Positions 8,834-16,974 of a stretch of 32,000 bases of DNA are shown here, piece after piece. The notes below the pieces were generated by a model, which searched no databases, had not been told where the DNA came from, and saw nothing but the letters and a program-made list of their open reading frames with translations. The stretch comes from an archaeon ADurb.Bin336. GTDB taxonomy: Archaea > Iainarchaeota > Iainarchaeia > Iainarchaeales > JAAZKV01. Position numbers and translations under genes: made by a program. Location: positions 2,901 to 34,900 of the forward strand of contig MWBC01000004.1 of the NCBI GenBank assembly GCA_002068885.1, in the 5' to 3' direction. The first letter of the stretch is position 1. Each line of letters opens with the position of its first letter.

Positions 8834-9673
8834 TCATTCTTCATTTTCATTGGTGCTTAAAGGATTTGAATTTGATTCTGTTCGAACAACAGTTCCCTTA
8901 AACTCAAGTCCCCTCACACAATTCTTAAAATTCTCTAAATCAGTTCCTAAAACAAAACTAGATTTTATTTTACTCCTCTTAAGAATCTCTGCAGCATGAG
9001 CATCAACAAAAGAATGTCCCCCTGGTTTTGAAGCTTGGGCTTTGAGAAGAGAAACCATTTTTACATGAGACAACTCACTATACATTTTAGCATTTGGTTC
9101 TTTATTAGGATCAGCACTATAAATCCCATCAACATTACTCAAATTAATAAATTCAGCACCCATCATCTCTGCAATTATTGCCGCAACTGAATCAGTGGTT
9201 TGGCCCGGAGTAGTTCCCCCATAAACAGGAGTTTTACCCAAAAGCAACACATTCTCTGCTTTTTTAGGGTCAACTAAAACCTCCTTCCAAGCATTATCAA
9301 TAATGTGAGTGAATAACAATGCATTAGCTCGAGTTATTTGAATAGCCACTTCATCCAAACCAAAGTTATTTGCACCCAATGCCTTGGCCCCTGCTTGGTA
9401 TACTCTTGCAACTCTACCCCCGCCAACAACAATCACAAACTCAAAACCCTCTCTCTTCAATTCGTTAATTGATTCACAAAACTTTGCAATCTCTGGCGCT
9501 CTTAATTTATCACTAAAAAAAACACTCCCACCTACACTCAACACAAAAGTTTTTTGACGAGAAGAATTTTGAGAATAATTGTAAGAATAATTTTCTGAAG
9601 AATCACTTTGAGGAGGAGATTGTTCAGAATCAGTTTTTGGAGTACCATCAAATTTTTCAAACAAATCAAACAC
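8834..9673 (-). CDS. pyrH: UMP kinase (archaeal type) with a low-complexity N-terminal extension
   Basis: FVLSVGGSVF...VIVVGGGRVAR...TPGQTTDSVAAIIAE...NVDGIYSADP is the amino-acid-kinase/UMPK signature. The GTG start is preceded by GAGGGTGG. About 41 S/N/Q/Y-rich residues come before the kinase core. Confidence 0.85.
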   Translation of the reverse strand: MFDLFEKFDGTPKTDSEQSPPQSDSSENYSYNYSQNSSRQKTFVLSVGGSVFFSDKLRAPEIAKFCESINELKREGFEFVIVVGGGRVARVYQAGAKALGANNFGLDEVAIQITRANALLFTHIIDNAWKEVLVDPKKAENVLLLGKTPVYGGTTPGQTTDSVAAIIAEMMGAEFINLSNVDGIYSADPNKEPNAKMYSELSHVKMVSLLKAQASKPGGHSFVDAHAAEILKRSKIKSSFVLGTDLENFKNCVRGLEFKGTVVRTESNSNPLSTNENEE

Positions 9674-9723
9674 TACAAACCACCCTCATAAAAAATAAAT
9701 ACTTAAATCATTTTTAATCAAAC

Positions 9724-9738
9724 TGAAAGCTTTTATAA
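9724..9738. promoter_or_regulatory. Near-palindromic TATA-like element in the divergent pyrH/aRF1 intergenic region
   Basis: GAAAGCTTTTATAAG; the core AGCTTTTATAAGCT is nearly self-complementary. It sits between pyrH (start 9673, minus) and aRF1 (start 9824, plus). Confidence 0.3.
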
Positions 9739-9823
9739 GCTATCCAAACCAAATTATATAGAATTTATGAGTTTAAATACTTTTTTGAGTAATTGATTAC
9801 AATAGAGAAAAAGTTGATTAAAA

Positions 9824-11083
9824 ATGGCGAATAATAGTTCAAAAGTTGTGAAAGAAGTTGATGAAGCAGAACTTGCTGTATTCAAAAAAAAGATGAAAAT
9901 GCTTGAATCTTTCAAAGGAAGACACACCGAACTAATAACCCAATACCTCCCCCCTGGAACTGATAGAAGCACGGTGATGAACCAACTCTCTGAAGAAATA
10001 AACCAAAGCTCAAACATTAAAAGCCCCCAAACCAAGAAAAACGTTCAAGCAGCACTAAGGAAAATAATTGGATTCTTAAAAAACATTAACTTCAAACTCC
10101 CCCAAAACGGAATGGTTATTTTTGCAGGAAATGTTTCAGAAATAGATGGGAGGAGTGACGTTAGATTATTCACAATAATCCCAGTAAGACCACTAAAAGT
10201 AAAAATGTATTGGTGTGACTCAACATTCCACTTAGACCACTTAAAAGAAATGCTAACCCCAAACGACTTCTACGCACTAATGACCCTAGACAAAAACGAA
10301 GCAACAATAGCACAACTAGTTGGAAAAAAATACGAAGTACTAGGACACTTCACTTCACTAGTGCCTGGAAAAACAAGAGCAGGAGGACAATCCTCTGTTA
10401 GATTTGAGAGATTAAGAGAAGAAGCAATGCAAAACTTTTTCAAAACAGCTGCAGACAAATTCAATTCATACTTTGAACCACACAAAGAAAGAGTAAAAGG
10501 AGTAATAATTGGAGGGCCTGGATTAACAAAAAATTATTTCATTGAAAAAAAAGTAATACCCCACGAACTTGAAAAAAAAATTATTGGAGTAATAGACACA
10601 GCATACACTGATGAGGGAGGAATAAGAGAATTAGTACACAAAAGCCAAGACATTCTAAAAGATTCTGAACTAATAAAAGAAAGACAAACACTAGACAACT
10701 TTTTAGGAGAAGTAGCAAAAGATGGATTAGCAACTTACGGACAAAAAGAAGTAGAACAAGCACTAACAGAAAACAGGGTATCAACACTAATAATCTCTGA
10801 AGATATCCCATGGATTGTTTTTAGAATATTTTGTGAAAAATGCCAAAAAGAAGAAATAGTTATAGTAAAAGACCAAACAGATTTTGAAGAATCAAAACTA
10901 AGATGTGCAATTTGTGATTCAAAAGTAGAAACCATTGAAGAAATAAGTTACTTGGATTACATGGTTGAAAAAGCAAACACGAGTGGAGCACAAGTAAGAG
11001 TAATAAGCACAGAAACAAGTGAAGGAGAACAATTCTACACAGGGTTTGGTGGAATCGCCGCAATGCTAAGATACAAAATTTAA
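9824..11083 (+). CDS. prf1: Peptide chain release factor aRF1
   Basis: 419 aa with the NIKS motif (SSNIKSPQ), YxCxxxF (MYWCDSTF) and GGQ (RAGGQSSVRF). Confidence 0.92.
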   Translation: MANNSSKVVKEVDEAELAVFKKKMKMLESFKGRHTELITQYLPPGTDRSTVMNQLSEEINQSSNIKSPQTKKNVQAALRKIIGFLKNINFKLPQNGMVIFAGNVSEIDGRSDVRLFTIIPVRPLKVKMYWCDSTFHLDHLKEMLTPNDFYALMTLDKNEATIAQLVGKKYEVLGHFTSLVPGKTRAGGQSSVRFERLREEAMQNFFKTAADKFNSYFEPHKERVKGVIIGGPGLTKNYFIEKKVIPHELEKKIIGVIDTAYTDEGGIRELVHKSQDILKDSELIKERQTLDNFLGEVAKDGLATYGQKEVEQALTENRVSTLIISEDIPWIVFRIFCEKCQKEEIVIVKDQTDFEESKLRCAICDSKVETIEEISYLDYMVEKANTSGAQVRVISTETSEGEQFYTGFGGIAAMLRYKI

Positions 11084-11291
11084 TTACGGCTCAAAAAGTC
11101 AAAAAATCATTAAAAATTACTGCCCAAAAAGTAATAAAAAAACTCAAAAACCTAAATAAACCAATTAAAATGAATAATACAAGCAAATGACTTACTGCCT
11201 AAAAAGTCAAAAAAATTAATTATTCTTATTCAAAAAAAATTGAAATCATCTAAACAAATGCTTAAAAGCATACATAAATAAAAAATAATTT

Positions 11292-12551
11292 ATGAATCAA
11301 TTCTTCACCAAAACACCTGCACTAAAAGGAATAGTAAAGCAAAGATACGCTGATTTTATGGTGGAAGAAATTTTGGTTGATGGAACAAAATGTGAAATTA
11401 AAAGATTTGATAAACCATTTGAAGAAAGAGAAATAACTAAAGAAATGATTATCCCTCCAAGAAATGAGGAAGAATACTTACTACTAGAAATGGAAAAAAT
11501 AAATTACGATACCAACACCGCACTAGCGTTTCTTGCAAGAGGACTAAACCTAAGCAAAAAAAGAATGGGGTACGCAGGGTTAAAAGACAAAAGAGCAATA
11601 ACTTGTCAACAAATAAGCCTCTACCTCCCAAAAGAAGAACTAGTAAAAAAGTTTGGGGTGAAAGGAATTGAACTAAGGAACCCCAAGTGGAGCAAAAAAA
11701 GAACAGAACTAGGGGATTTATTAGGAAATGAATTCACAATCACTATAAGAGGAATAACCCAAACAGAAGAAGAAATAACAAACATTATTGAAGAATTTTC
11801 TAAAGAAGTAAAACAAGGAGTTCCAAACTTTTTTGGAAACCAAAGATTTGGCGGAAAAAGAATGATAACCCACAGAGTGGGAAAATTATTATTAAAAGAA
11901 AAAATAGAAGAAGCAATAATGCTATACTTAACAGAAACATACCCTGAAGAAAAAATTGAATTAAAAAACGCTAGAATAAACCTTGCAAAAACACGTGATT
12001 ATAAACAAGCTCTAAAAGAATTCCCTTCAAAAGATGCAAGAACAGAAAAAGCTATTCTAAACCACCTAACAAAACACCCTAACGATTTTGCAGGGGCACT
12101 AAACACAATCCCAAAAAAAATGAGATACTTATTCACCCACGCTGTACAAAGCGACATATACAACAAAATACTTCAAAAAAGAATAGAAAAGTATAAGGAC
12201 GAGGCACTAAAACAAATAGATGGTGATGAAATAGTTAATGGAGAACCAACAATACTCCTCCCTGGATACGAAAGCACTTACTCTAAAGGAGAAGCAGGAG
12301 AAATAGAAAAAGAAGTTATGAAAGAAGAAAATCTTACTTTTGAAGATTTTAAAATGAATAAACTAAGCGAACTCTCAAGCAAAGGAGATAGAAAATCCAT
12401 TTTACTAAAACCACAAAACTTTACACTAACAAAAATATTTGATGATGAGTACAACGAAGGAAAAAAAGCAATTACAATAAAATTTTTTCTAACAAAAGGA
12501 AACTACGCAACAACCATATTAAGAGAATTAATAAAAGAAGAAATATTCTAA
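11292..12551 (+). CDS. truD: tRNA pseudouridine(13) synthase TruD/Pus7 family
   Basis: 419 aa with FMVEEI near the N-terminus, the catalytic-Asp region GYAGLKDKRAITCQ, and NFFGNQRFG. Confidence 0.88.
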   Translation: MNQFFTKTPALKGIVKQRYADFMVEEILVDGTKCEIKRFDKPFEEREITKEMIIPPRNEEEYLLLEMEKINYDTNTALAFLARGLNLSKKRMGYAGLKDKRAITCQQISLYLPKEELVKKFGVKGIELRNPKWSKKRTELGDLLGNEFTITIRGITQTEEEITNIIEEFSKEVKQGVPNFFGNQRFGGKRMITHRVGKLLLKEKIEEAIMLYLTETYPEEKIELKNARINLAKTRDYKQALKEFPSKDARTEKAILNHLTKHPNDFAGALNTIPKKMRYLFTHAVQSDIYNKILQKRIEKYKDEALKQIDGDEIVNGEPTILLPGYESTYSKGEAGEIEKEVMKEENLTFEDFKMNKLSELSSKGDRKSILLKPQNFTLTKIFDDEYNEGKKAITIKFFLTKGNYATTILRELIKEEIF

Positions 12552-12567
12552 AAAAAATCTTTTTTTT
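12550..12567. terminator. A8-TC-T8 symmetric tract between the convergent truD and membrane-protein genes
   Basis: AAAAAAAATCTTTTTTTT starts inside the truD stop codon. It gives a T8 run on both strands, and archaeal termination uses oligo-T. Confidence 0.3.
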
Positions 12568-12588
12568 ATTAAAAAAATAATTGAAAAA

Positions 12589-13947
12589 TTATTCCACCCA
12601 ATCAGAATAATCATAAAACCCAATTCCTGAAGTTTTCTGCCACCTCAAAATATAATTCCTCAAAGAACCAGAAATATATTTATTGGGTTGAGGAGCACAA
12701 GCATTTGAATGAACAATTACATAATCCTTGCGATCAATTAATGTCCCAGAAATAGAGTTTAAATTAAAGTTTTTATAATCATACACAACTAAACTCCCCC
12801 CATTATTAACAAAAGCATTCAAATCCCCAATATCATAAATACACTCACTTATAATCCCCTCATCATAAAAAAACACCCACTTATCAGAAGCGGTTCTACA
12901 ATTTTTTACAAAATCATCTTTAGGAATAGGGACATTTGCATAATAAGGAAAAGGATACAAAGTAAATAGAAGAATATTAAACAACACAAACACCAACACC
13001 AATTTTTTAGAATACTCCTCCTTAACTAATTTGGCTGAATTAAACGCAATTGCAACAACCAATAAATTAATTAATCTAGTTTCTTTAATCCCTGAAAAAA
13101 TAAACATTATTACATTCAACAACGCAACCAAATTCAAGTTATTAAAAAAATCTTTCCTATTCAACAATAACAAAAAAATAAAAAAACAAATTATTAGAAT
13201 TTGCTCAACCAAAAGAGGAGCCATTATTCCTTTTTGTGCAACATTAAGAAAAGAAGTTTCTTCTAAACTAAACAAAGGATTACCTGTCATCAAATAATTA
13301 AAAATCATCCAAGGAATCCAAAGCAAGATAAACACACTTAACATTTTTAAAATATTTTTAGGATTCTTCCTCTCCTCCCACAACAAAACAAGCCCAAACA
13401 ACAAATAATTATATCTAGAAAGAGAAGAAAGCCCAAAGAAAAAACCTTTTTTTAGTGGAGAAACAACACTCAACACAAGGAGTAAAAAAGATAAAGCTAA
13501 TAAATCAGAACCAAAATTTGAGTGAAACAAAATACTTGGAAACAAAAAAGAGAACAACGCAAAAACAAAAGGATTCAATTTATCTTCGTGTTTTTTATAA
13601 ATCAAAATAATTGCAACAAGATAAACAACACACGCAAAAATAGTTGAAAAAATTATTGAATACTCTGATCCACCCCCCAAAATACAATTAATAAAAGAAG
13701 GAAAAGGAGGGCGAATTAATTCAAGATAAATTTGATTCCCACAAAACCACTTACCCCCAAAAATATAAGCAACAGTATCCCAATTTTGTTGAATAATATG
13801 AAATACTTGCGCCAACAAAAAAGGAATAAAAAAAATTATGAACCACTTGTACTTCAAAAATTTTTCTTTGAGAAAAATAAGTGAAGAAACTTCTTTTTTT
13901 GATTTTTTTTGAATAACAATTTTTTTTGTTGATTTTTTTTTATCCAT
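12589..13947 (-). CDS. Polytopic membrane protein, possible GT-C-like glycosyltransferase
   Basis: 452 aa with a Lys-rich N-terminus and about 10 TM segments. The first loop has WDTVAYIFGGKW...RPPFPS, resembling the acidic loop of the ORF at 977-2431. There is a soluble C-terminal domain of about 110 aa. It is the last gene of the co-directional envelope cluster. Confidence 0.4.
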   Translation of the reverse strand: MDKKKSTKKIVIQKKSKKEVSSLIFLKEKFLKYKWFIIFFIPFLLAQVFHIIQQNWDTVAYIFGGKWFCGNQIYLELIRPPFPSFINCILGGGSEYSIIFSTIFACVVYLVAIILIYKKHEDKLNPFVFALFSFLFPSILFHSNFGSDLLALSFLLLVLSVVSPLKKGFFFGLSSLSRYNYLLFGLVLLWEERKNPKNILKMLSVFILLWIPWMIFNYLMTGNPLFSLEETSFLNVAQKGIMAPLLVEQILIICFFIFLLLLNRKDFFNNLNLVALLNVIMFIFSGIKETRLINLLVVAIAFNSAKLVKEEYSKKLVLVFVLFNILLFTLYPFPYYANVPIPKDDFVKNCRTASDKWVFFYDEGIISECIYDIGDLNAFVNNGGSLVVYDYKNFNLNSISGTLIDRKDYVIVHSNACAPQPNKYISGSLRNYILRWQKTSGIGFYDYSDWVE

Positions 13948-13951
13948 ACAA

Positions 13952-14593
13952 TCAACAACCCAACTTTGTTTTTAACTCCTCAAATTTAAGTGGATGATCA
14001 ATAACCTCGTCTCCAATTACAAGAGTACCAGATTTTTTTACATTATAATTTACTTCCAAGATTTTTGTGAACTCATAAGCATCCCAATTATAAGGAAAAT
14101 TAAATGCTTTAAAAGAGGAACAAGTTTTTGAAAGAGAATTAAGTTGAGTTCCAATCAACCCACACTCAACCTCACAAGAAGAATCCTCTGAATAAAAGAA
14201 AAGAACAGGAATTATGTTAAAATCACAAAACTCTTTAGCTTTTTGAAAATTTCTATACAAAATCATGTTAGAAATCAAAAAACTCCTTTTAGATAAATAA
14301 AATTCTTTAGTATTAAACGAATTATCCGAATAAGCTAACAATTTTTTTTCAAGAGAAGTAGAACGATCACTCAAATTGGTTATATTCTGACGCATCACAA
14401 GACAAAAAACTTCTGAATTATTAGCATCAAAATCCTCATAGGCTGAATATAAATTACTCTCTAAAGAAATTTGTTTAATCTCTTCATTAAACTCACTCAC
14501 CCTACTTGATTCACTAACATTAACTGAAAAAAAAACAATTAATAATATAGCAATAGTTGCAATAACTGCCGTTATATAGACACTCTTAGCCAT
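13952..14593 (-). CDS. N-terminally anchored extracytoplasmic Cys-containing protein (weak thioredoxin-fold-like features)
   Basis: 213 aa with a single N-terminal TM. VLFFYSEDSSCEVEC...GTLVIGDEV resembles the beta-strand/CxxC/.../cis-Pro-strand layout of thioredoxin-like proteins, but the spacing is CxxxC. Its start overlaps the upstream GT2 gene by 22 nt. Confidence 0.35.
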   Translation of the reverse strand: MAKSVYITAVIATIAILLIVFFSVNVSESSRVSEFNEEIKQISLESNLYSAYEDFDANNSEVFCLVMRQNITNLSDRSTSLEKKLLAYSDNSFNTKEFYLSKRSFLISNMILYRNFQKAKEFCDFNIIPVLFFYSEDSSCEVECGLIGTQLNSLSKTCSSFKAFNFPYNWDAYEFTKILEVNYNVKKSGTLVIGDEVIDHPLKFEELKTKLGC

Positions 14594-15897
14594 TCCCCCC
14601 CAACTCCAATCATTTCCTTAAAATAACTCTGTGAATAAATTAGAGTAATAAAATAAGGGTATATAAAGATAAGTATTAGAAAAACTGGGACTTCTTTAAA
14701 ACTTAACTTTTGTTTAGTCAACCTAAAAGCAATTACGAAATAAATTATTATAATCAAATATGTAACTGCAAAAAAATAAATTGATGAAGGAAGAATAATA
14801 CCACTCAAATCAATATAAAAAAAACCTCCTGATAAAAAATACTCAAAAAGAATTTTGAAAGTAACAAACAAATCAGAGAGTAAAAACAAAAACATTCTAA
14901 TAACAATTGCGACAGTCAAAATTTGCGTTGCAAACAAAAAAGGCATTACAAAAAAACCAAAATCAGAATTTTTTTTATTGAAAAAAAGTTCTTTATACTT
15001 AACAAAATTAAACACACCGCCCCTACTCCACCTATCCCTCTGCTTAAACAAATTCTTCCAAGTGTTAGGAATATCAGTATAAACAACCGCATCAAAACAA
15101 TTAATTATTTTAAATTCATGCTTCTTCAACCTCAACCCAAACTCCATATCCTCTGCTAAATTACCTTGTTGAAAATAACCCACTTTCTCAAAAACACTCT
15201 TCCTGATTATAGTATAAGGGCCTGGAACAACATAAGTAGATGAAATGGAAGACAAAAGAGTGTTATTCAATCCAAAACCAGCTAAATATTCAATATGTTG
15301 AATCTTTTGAATTAAAGAATCTTTTTTATCAGGAAGTACTAGACAAGTAACTGCAGCAACCTCTTTATCTTCAAAGTAACCTACTGTTTTTAACAAAATA
15401 TCCTCTTGGGGATAAGAATCTGAATCAACACATACCACAAATTTTGAAGAAACTCGTTTAATTGCATTATTAAGTGCAACAGCCTTACCCAGATTCTTTT
15501 TGTGAGTAATAATCTTAATTCCTTTAATTTTTTTTATAATCTCTCTAGAACCATCATTAGAACAATCATCAACAACAACAATCTCTAATTTACCACCCCA
15601 CTTGATTTTTTTAACAGACTCCACACAAGCCTTAATAGTATTTTTGGAATTATACATAGGAATAATTATTGAAACACTAGGGAAAGACTTTGGAAGTTTT
15701 TGCGCCCCATGACCACTCTTGTTCAAATAAAGCAACAAGTAAAATAATAAAGCGAACAAAAAAACACTATTAAAAATTACCATTAAAACAATATTTGGTA
15801 ATAAAAAACTCGCTAGTAAAACTAAGAATGTGAAAAAAGAAAGTAAAAAGAAAAGCAACGCTTTTTCTTTCCTTGATAAAACTAAAGCCTCAACCAT
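14572..15897 (-). CDS. Membrane-embedded processive family-2 glycosyltransferase (NodC/PgaC/IcaA/chitin- or cellulose-synthase-like)
   Basis: 441 aa carrying the full D,D,D,QxxRW signature: VSIIIPMYNS, VVVDDCSNDGS, VCVDSDS, LAEDMEF, QRDRWSRG. Two N-terminal and about 4-5 C-terminal TM helices. Confidence 0.8.
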   Translation of the reverse strand: MVEALVLSRKEKALLFFLLSFFTFLVLLASFLLPNIVLMVIFNSVFLFALLFYLLLYLNKSGHGAQKLPKSFPSVSIIIPMYNSKNTIKACVESVKKIKWGGKLEIVVVDDCSNDGSREIIKKIKGIKIITHKKNLGKAVALNNAIKRVSSKFVVCVDSDSYPQEDILLKTVGYFEDKEVAAVTCLVLPDKKDSLIQKIQHIEYLAGFGLNNTLLSSISSTYVVPGPYTIIRKSVFEKVGYFQQGNLAEDMEFGLRLKKHEFKIINCFDAVVYTDIPNTWKNLFKQRDRWSRGGVFNFVKYKELFFNKKNSDFGFFVMPFLFATQILTVAIVIRMFLFLLSDLFVTFKILFEYFLSGGFFYIDLSGIILPSSIYFFAVTYLIIIIYFVIAFRLTKQKLSFKEVPVFLILIFIYPYFITLIYSQSYFKEMIGVGGEWLRVSI

Positions 15898-15950
15898 TTT
15901 ATAAAATAATTAATTAAAACAATAAAAAACTTATTGCTAAAGAAAATTTT

Positions 15951-16712
15951 CTAATTCACCGAACCAATTTTTTGATTAATTAAAGTAAGAACATCATCAA
16001 AATTAGAATACATTTCTTTAATAACAACATAATTAACCCCACTAATAGTGTTTACTCCAGAAGCAAAAACACTCAATTTATTTTTTTCAAACAAAACAAA
16101 ATTTTTGTTTGATAAAGAAATTATTATTCTAGCTTTATTAATATCATTCAACAAACCCTCACACTCACTCTTTGAAATAACTCTACTATTAAGAACATTA
16201 GCATCATTAGTCAAACAATCACTCAATATTCCTTTTGAATCCACATTCCTCACAACAAGCAAAGTTTCCTTCTTATCAGCATTAAGAGCAACAAGCCACA
16301 AATTCATTGAATTAACAACCCAAGCATTAGAAGAATTATCCACTACATCCACACTAACTAAGAAAGATTCATTCTTCCTAAATTCTTTGAAGAAACTACT
16401 AGGAGTAAACTCATTTGAAACAAAATCCACCCCATTAATATTGAAAGAATACTTGAATGGATTTGATAAAAAAATTGAGTAAATTAAGAAAAGAATTACT
16501 AAAAACAACATAACACTTGCAAAAATTAACAAAGTTTTATTCTCTTGAAAAAAATTTTGTTTCTCTTGCTTCTTTTTTGTTACAACTTCATTTTTTGGTG
16601 AAACCTCTTCACTACTCTTAACTACTTTTTTATTTATTTCCTTCTCAATTAATTCTTTTTTAATTACTTCTTTCTTACTTGTTTTTTTCTTATTCATATA
16701 AATAACTTCCAT
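15951..16712 (-). CDS. N-terminally anchored extracytoplasmic protein, unknown function
   Basis: A Lys/Glu-rich cytoplasmic N-terminus, one TM (LLIFASVMLFLVILFLIYSIFL), and an ectodomain of about 170 aa. The track starts at a TTG (16715); an ATG follows at 16712 and another at 16697. Confidence 0.4.
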   Translation of the reverse strand: MEVIYMNKKKTSKKEVIKKELIEKEINKKVVKSSEEVSPKNEVVTKKKQEKQNFFQENKTLLIFASVMLFLVILFLIYSIFLSNPFKYSFNINGVDFVSNEFTPSSFFKEFRKNESFLVSVDVVDNSSNAWVVNSMNLWLVALNADKKETLLVVRNVDSKGILSDCLTNDANVLNSRVISKSECEGLLNDINKARIIISLSNKNFVLFEKNKLSVFASGVNTISGVNYVVIKEMYSNFDDVLTLINQKIGSVN

Positions 16713-16906
16713 CAAAAGTAATTTAAACCATCACAAAAACCCTAAAAGCTTATTCTTAAAAAAAATTCTCAAACTCTTGAAGCATACTAAAAATAAAACA
16801 ATCATACTATTTACAAAATGATTTGTCTTGGATTATTTTTTAAAAAAAACCTAAATCAAAAACTTGTTTTAAAAAATAATAACAACAAAAATTCTGAAAA
16901 ATTTTC

Positions 16907-16960
16907 AAAAAAAATAGGAAAGAAAAGAAAAGGAGTATTTCTACTCCTACTTCCTTTTCC
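16907..16960 (-). terminator. Extended hairpin plus T8 after the S-layer gene
   Basis: On the minus strand: GGAAAAGGAAGTAGGAGTA-GAAA-TACTCCTTTTCTTTTCTTTCC-TA-TTTTTTTT. A 7-bp perfect inner stem (AGGAGTA/TACTCCT) and a 6-bp outer stem (GAAAAG/CTTTTC) begin about 15 nt after the stop codon. Confidence 0.5.
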
Positions 16961-16974
16961 TTAAATCAAACTAT

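Noticed and set aside
9754-11063. Minus-strand ORFs (93, 71, 76, 66 and 67 aa) overlapping aRF1
   Set aside because: They are antisense to a strongly supported gene and consist of Leu/Cys/Phe-rich shadow-frame sequence.
9824-11083. Possible stop-codon reassignment, checked because aRF1 is present
   Set aside because: The aRF1 NIKS and YxCxxxF motifs are canonical, and TAA, TAG (priL, PCNA) and TGA (pyrH, antitoxin) all terminate well-defined genes.
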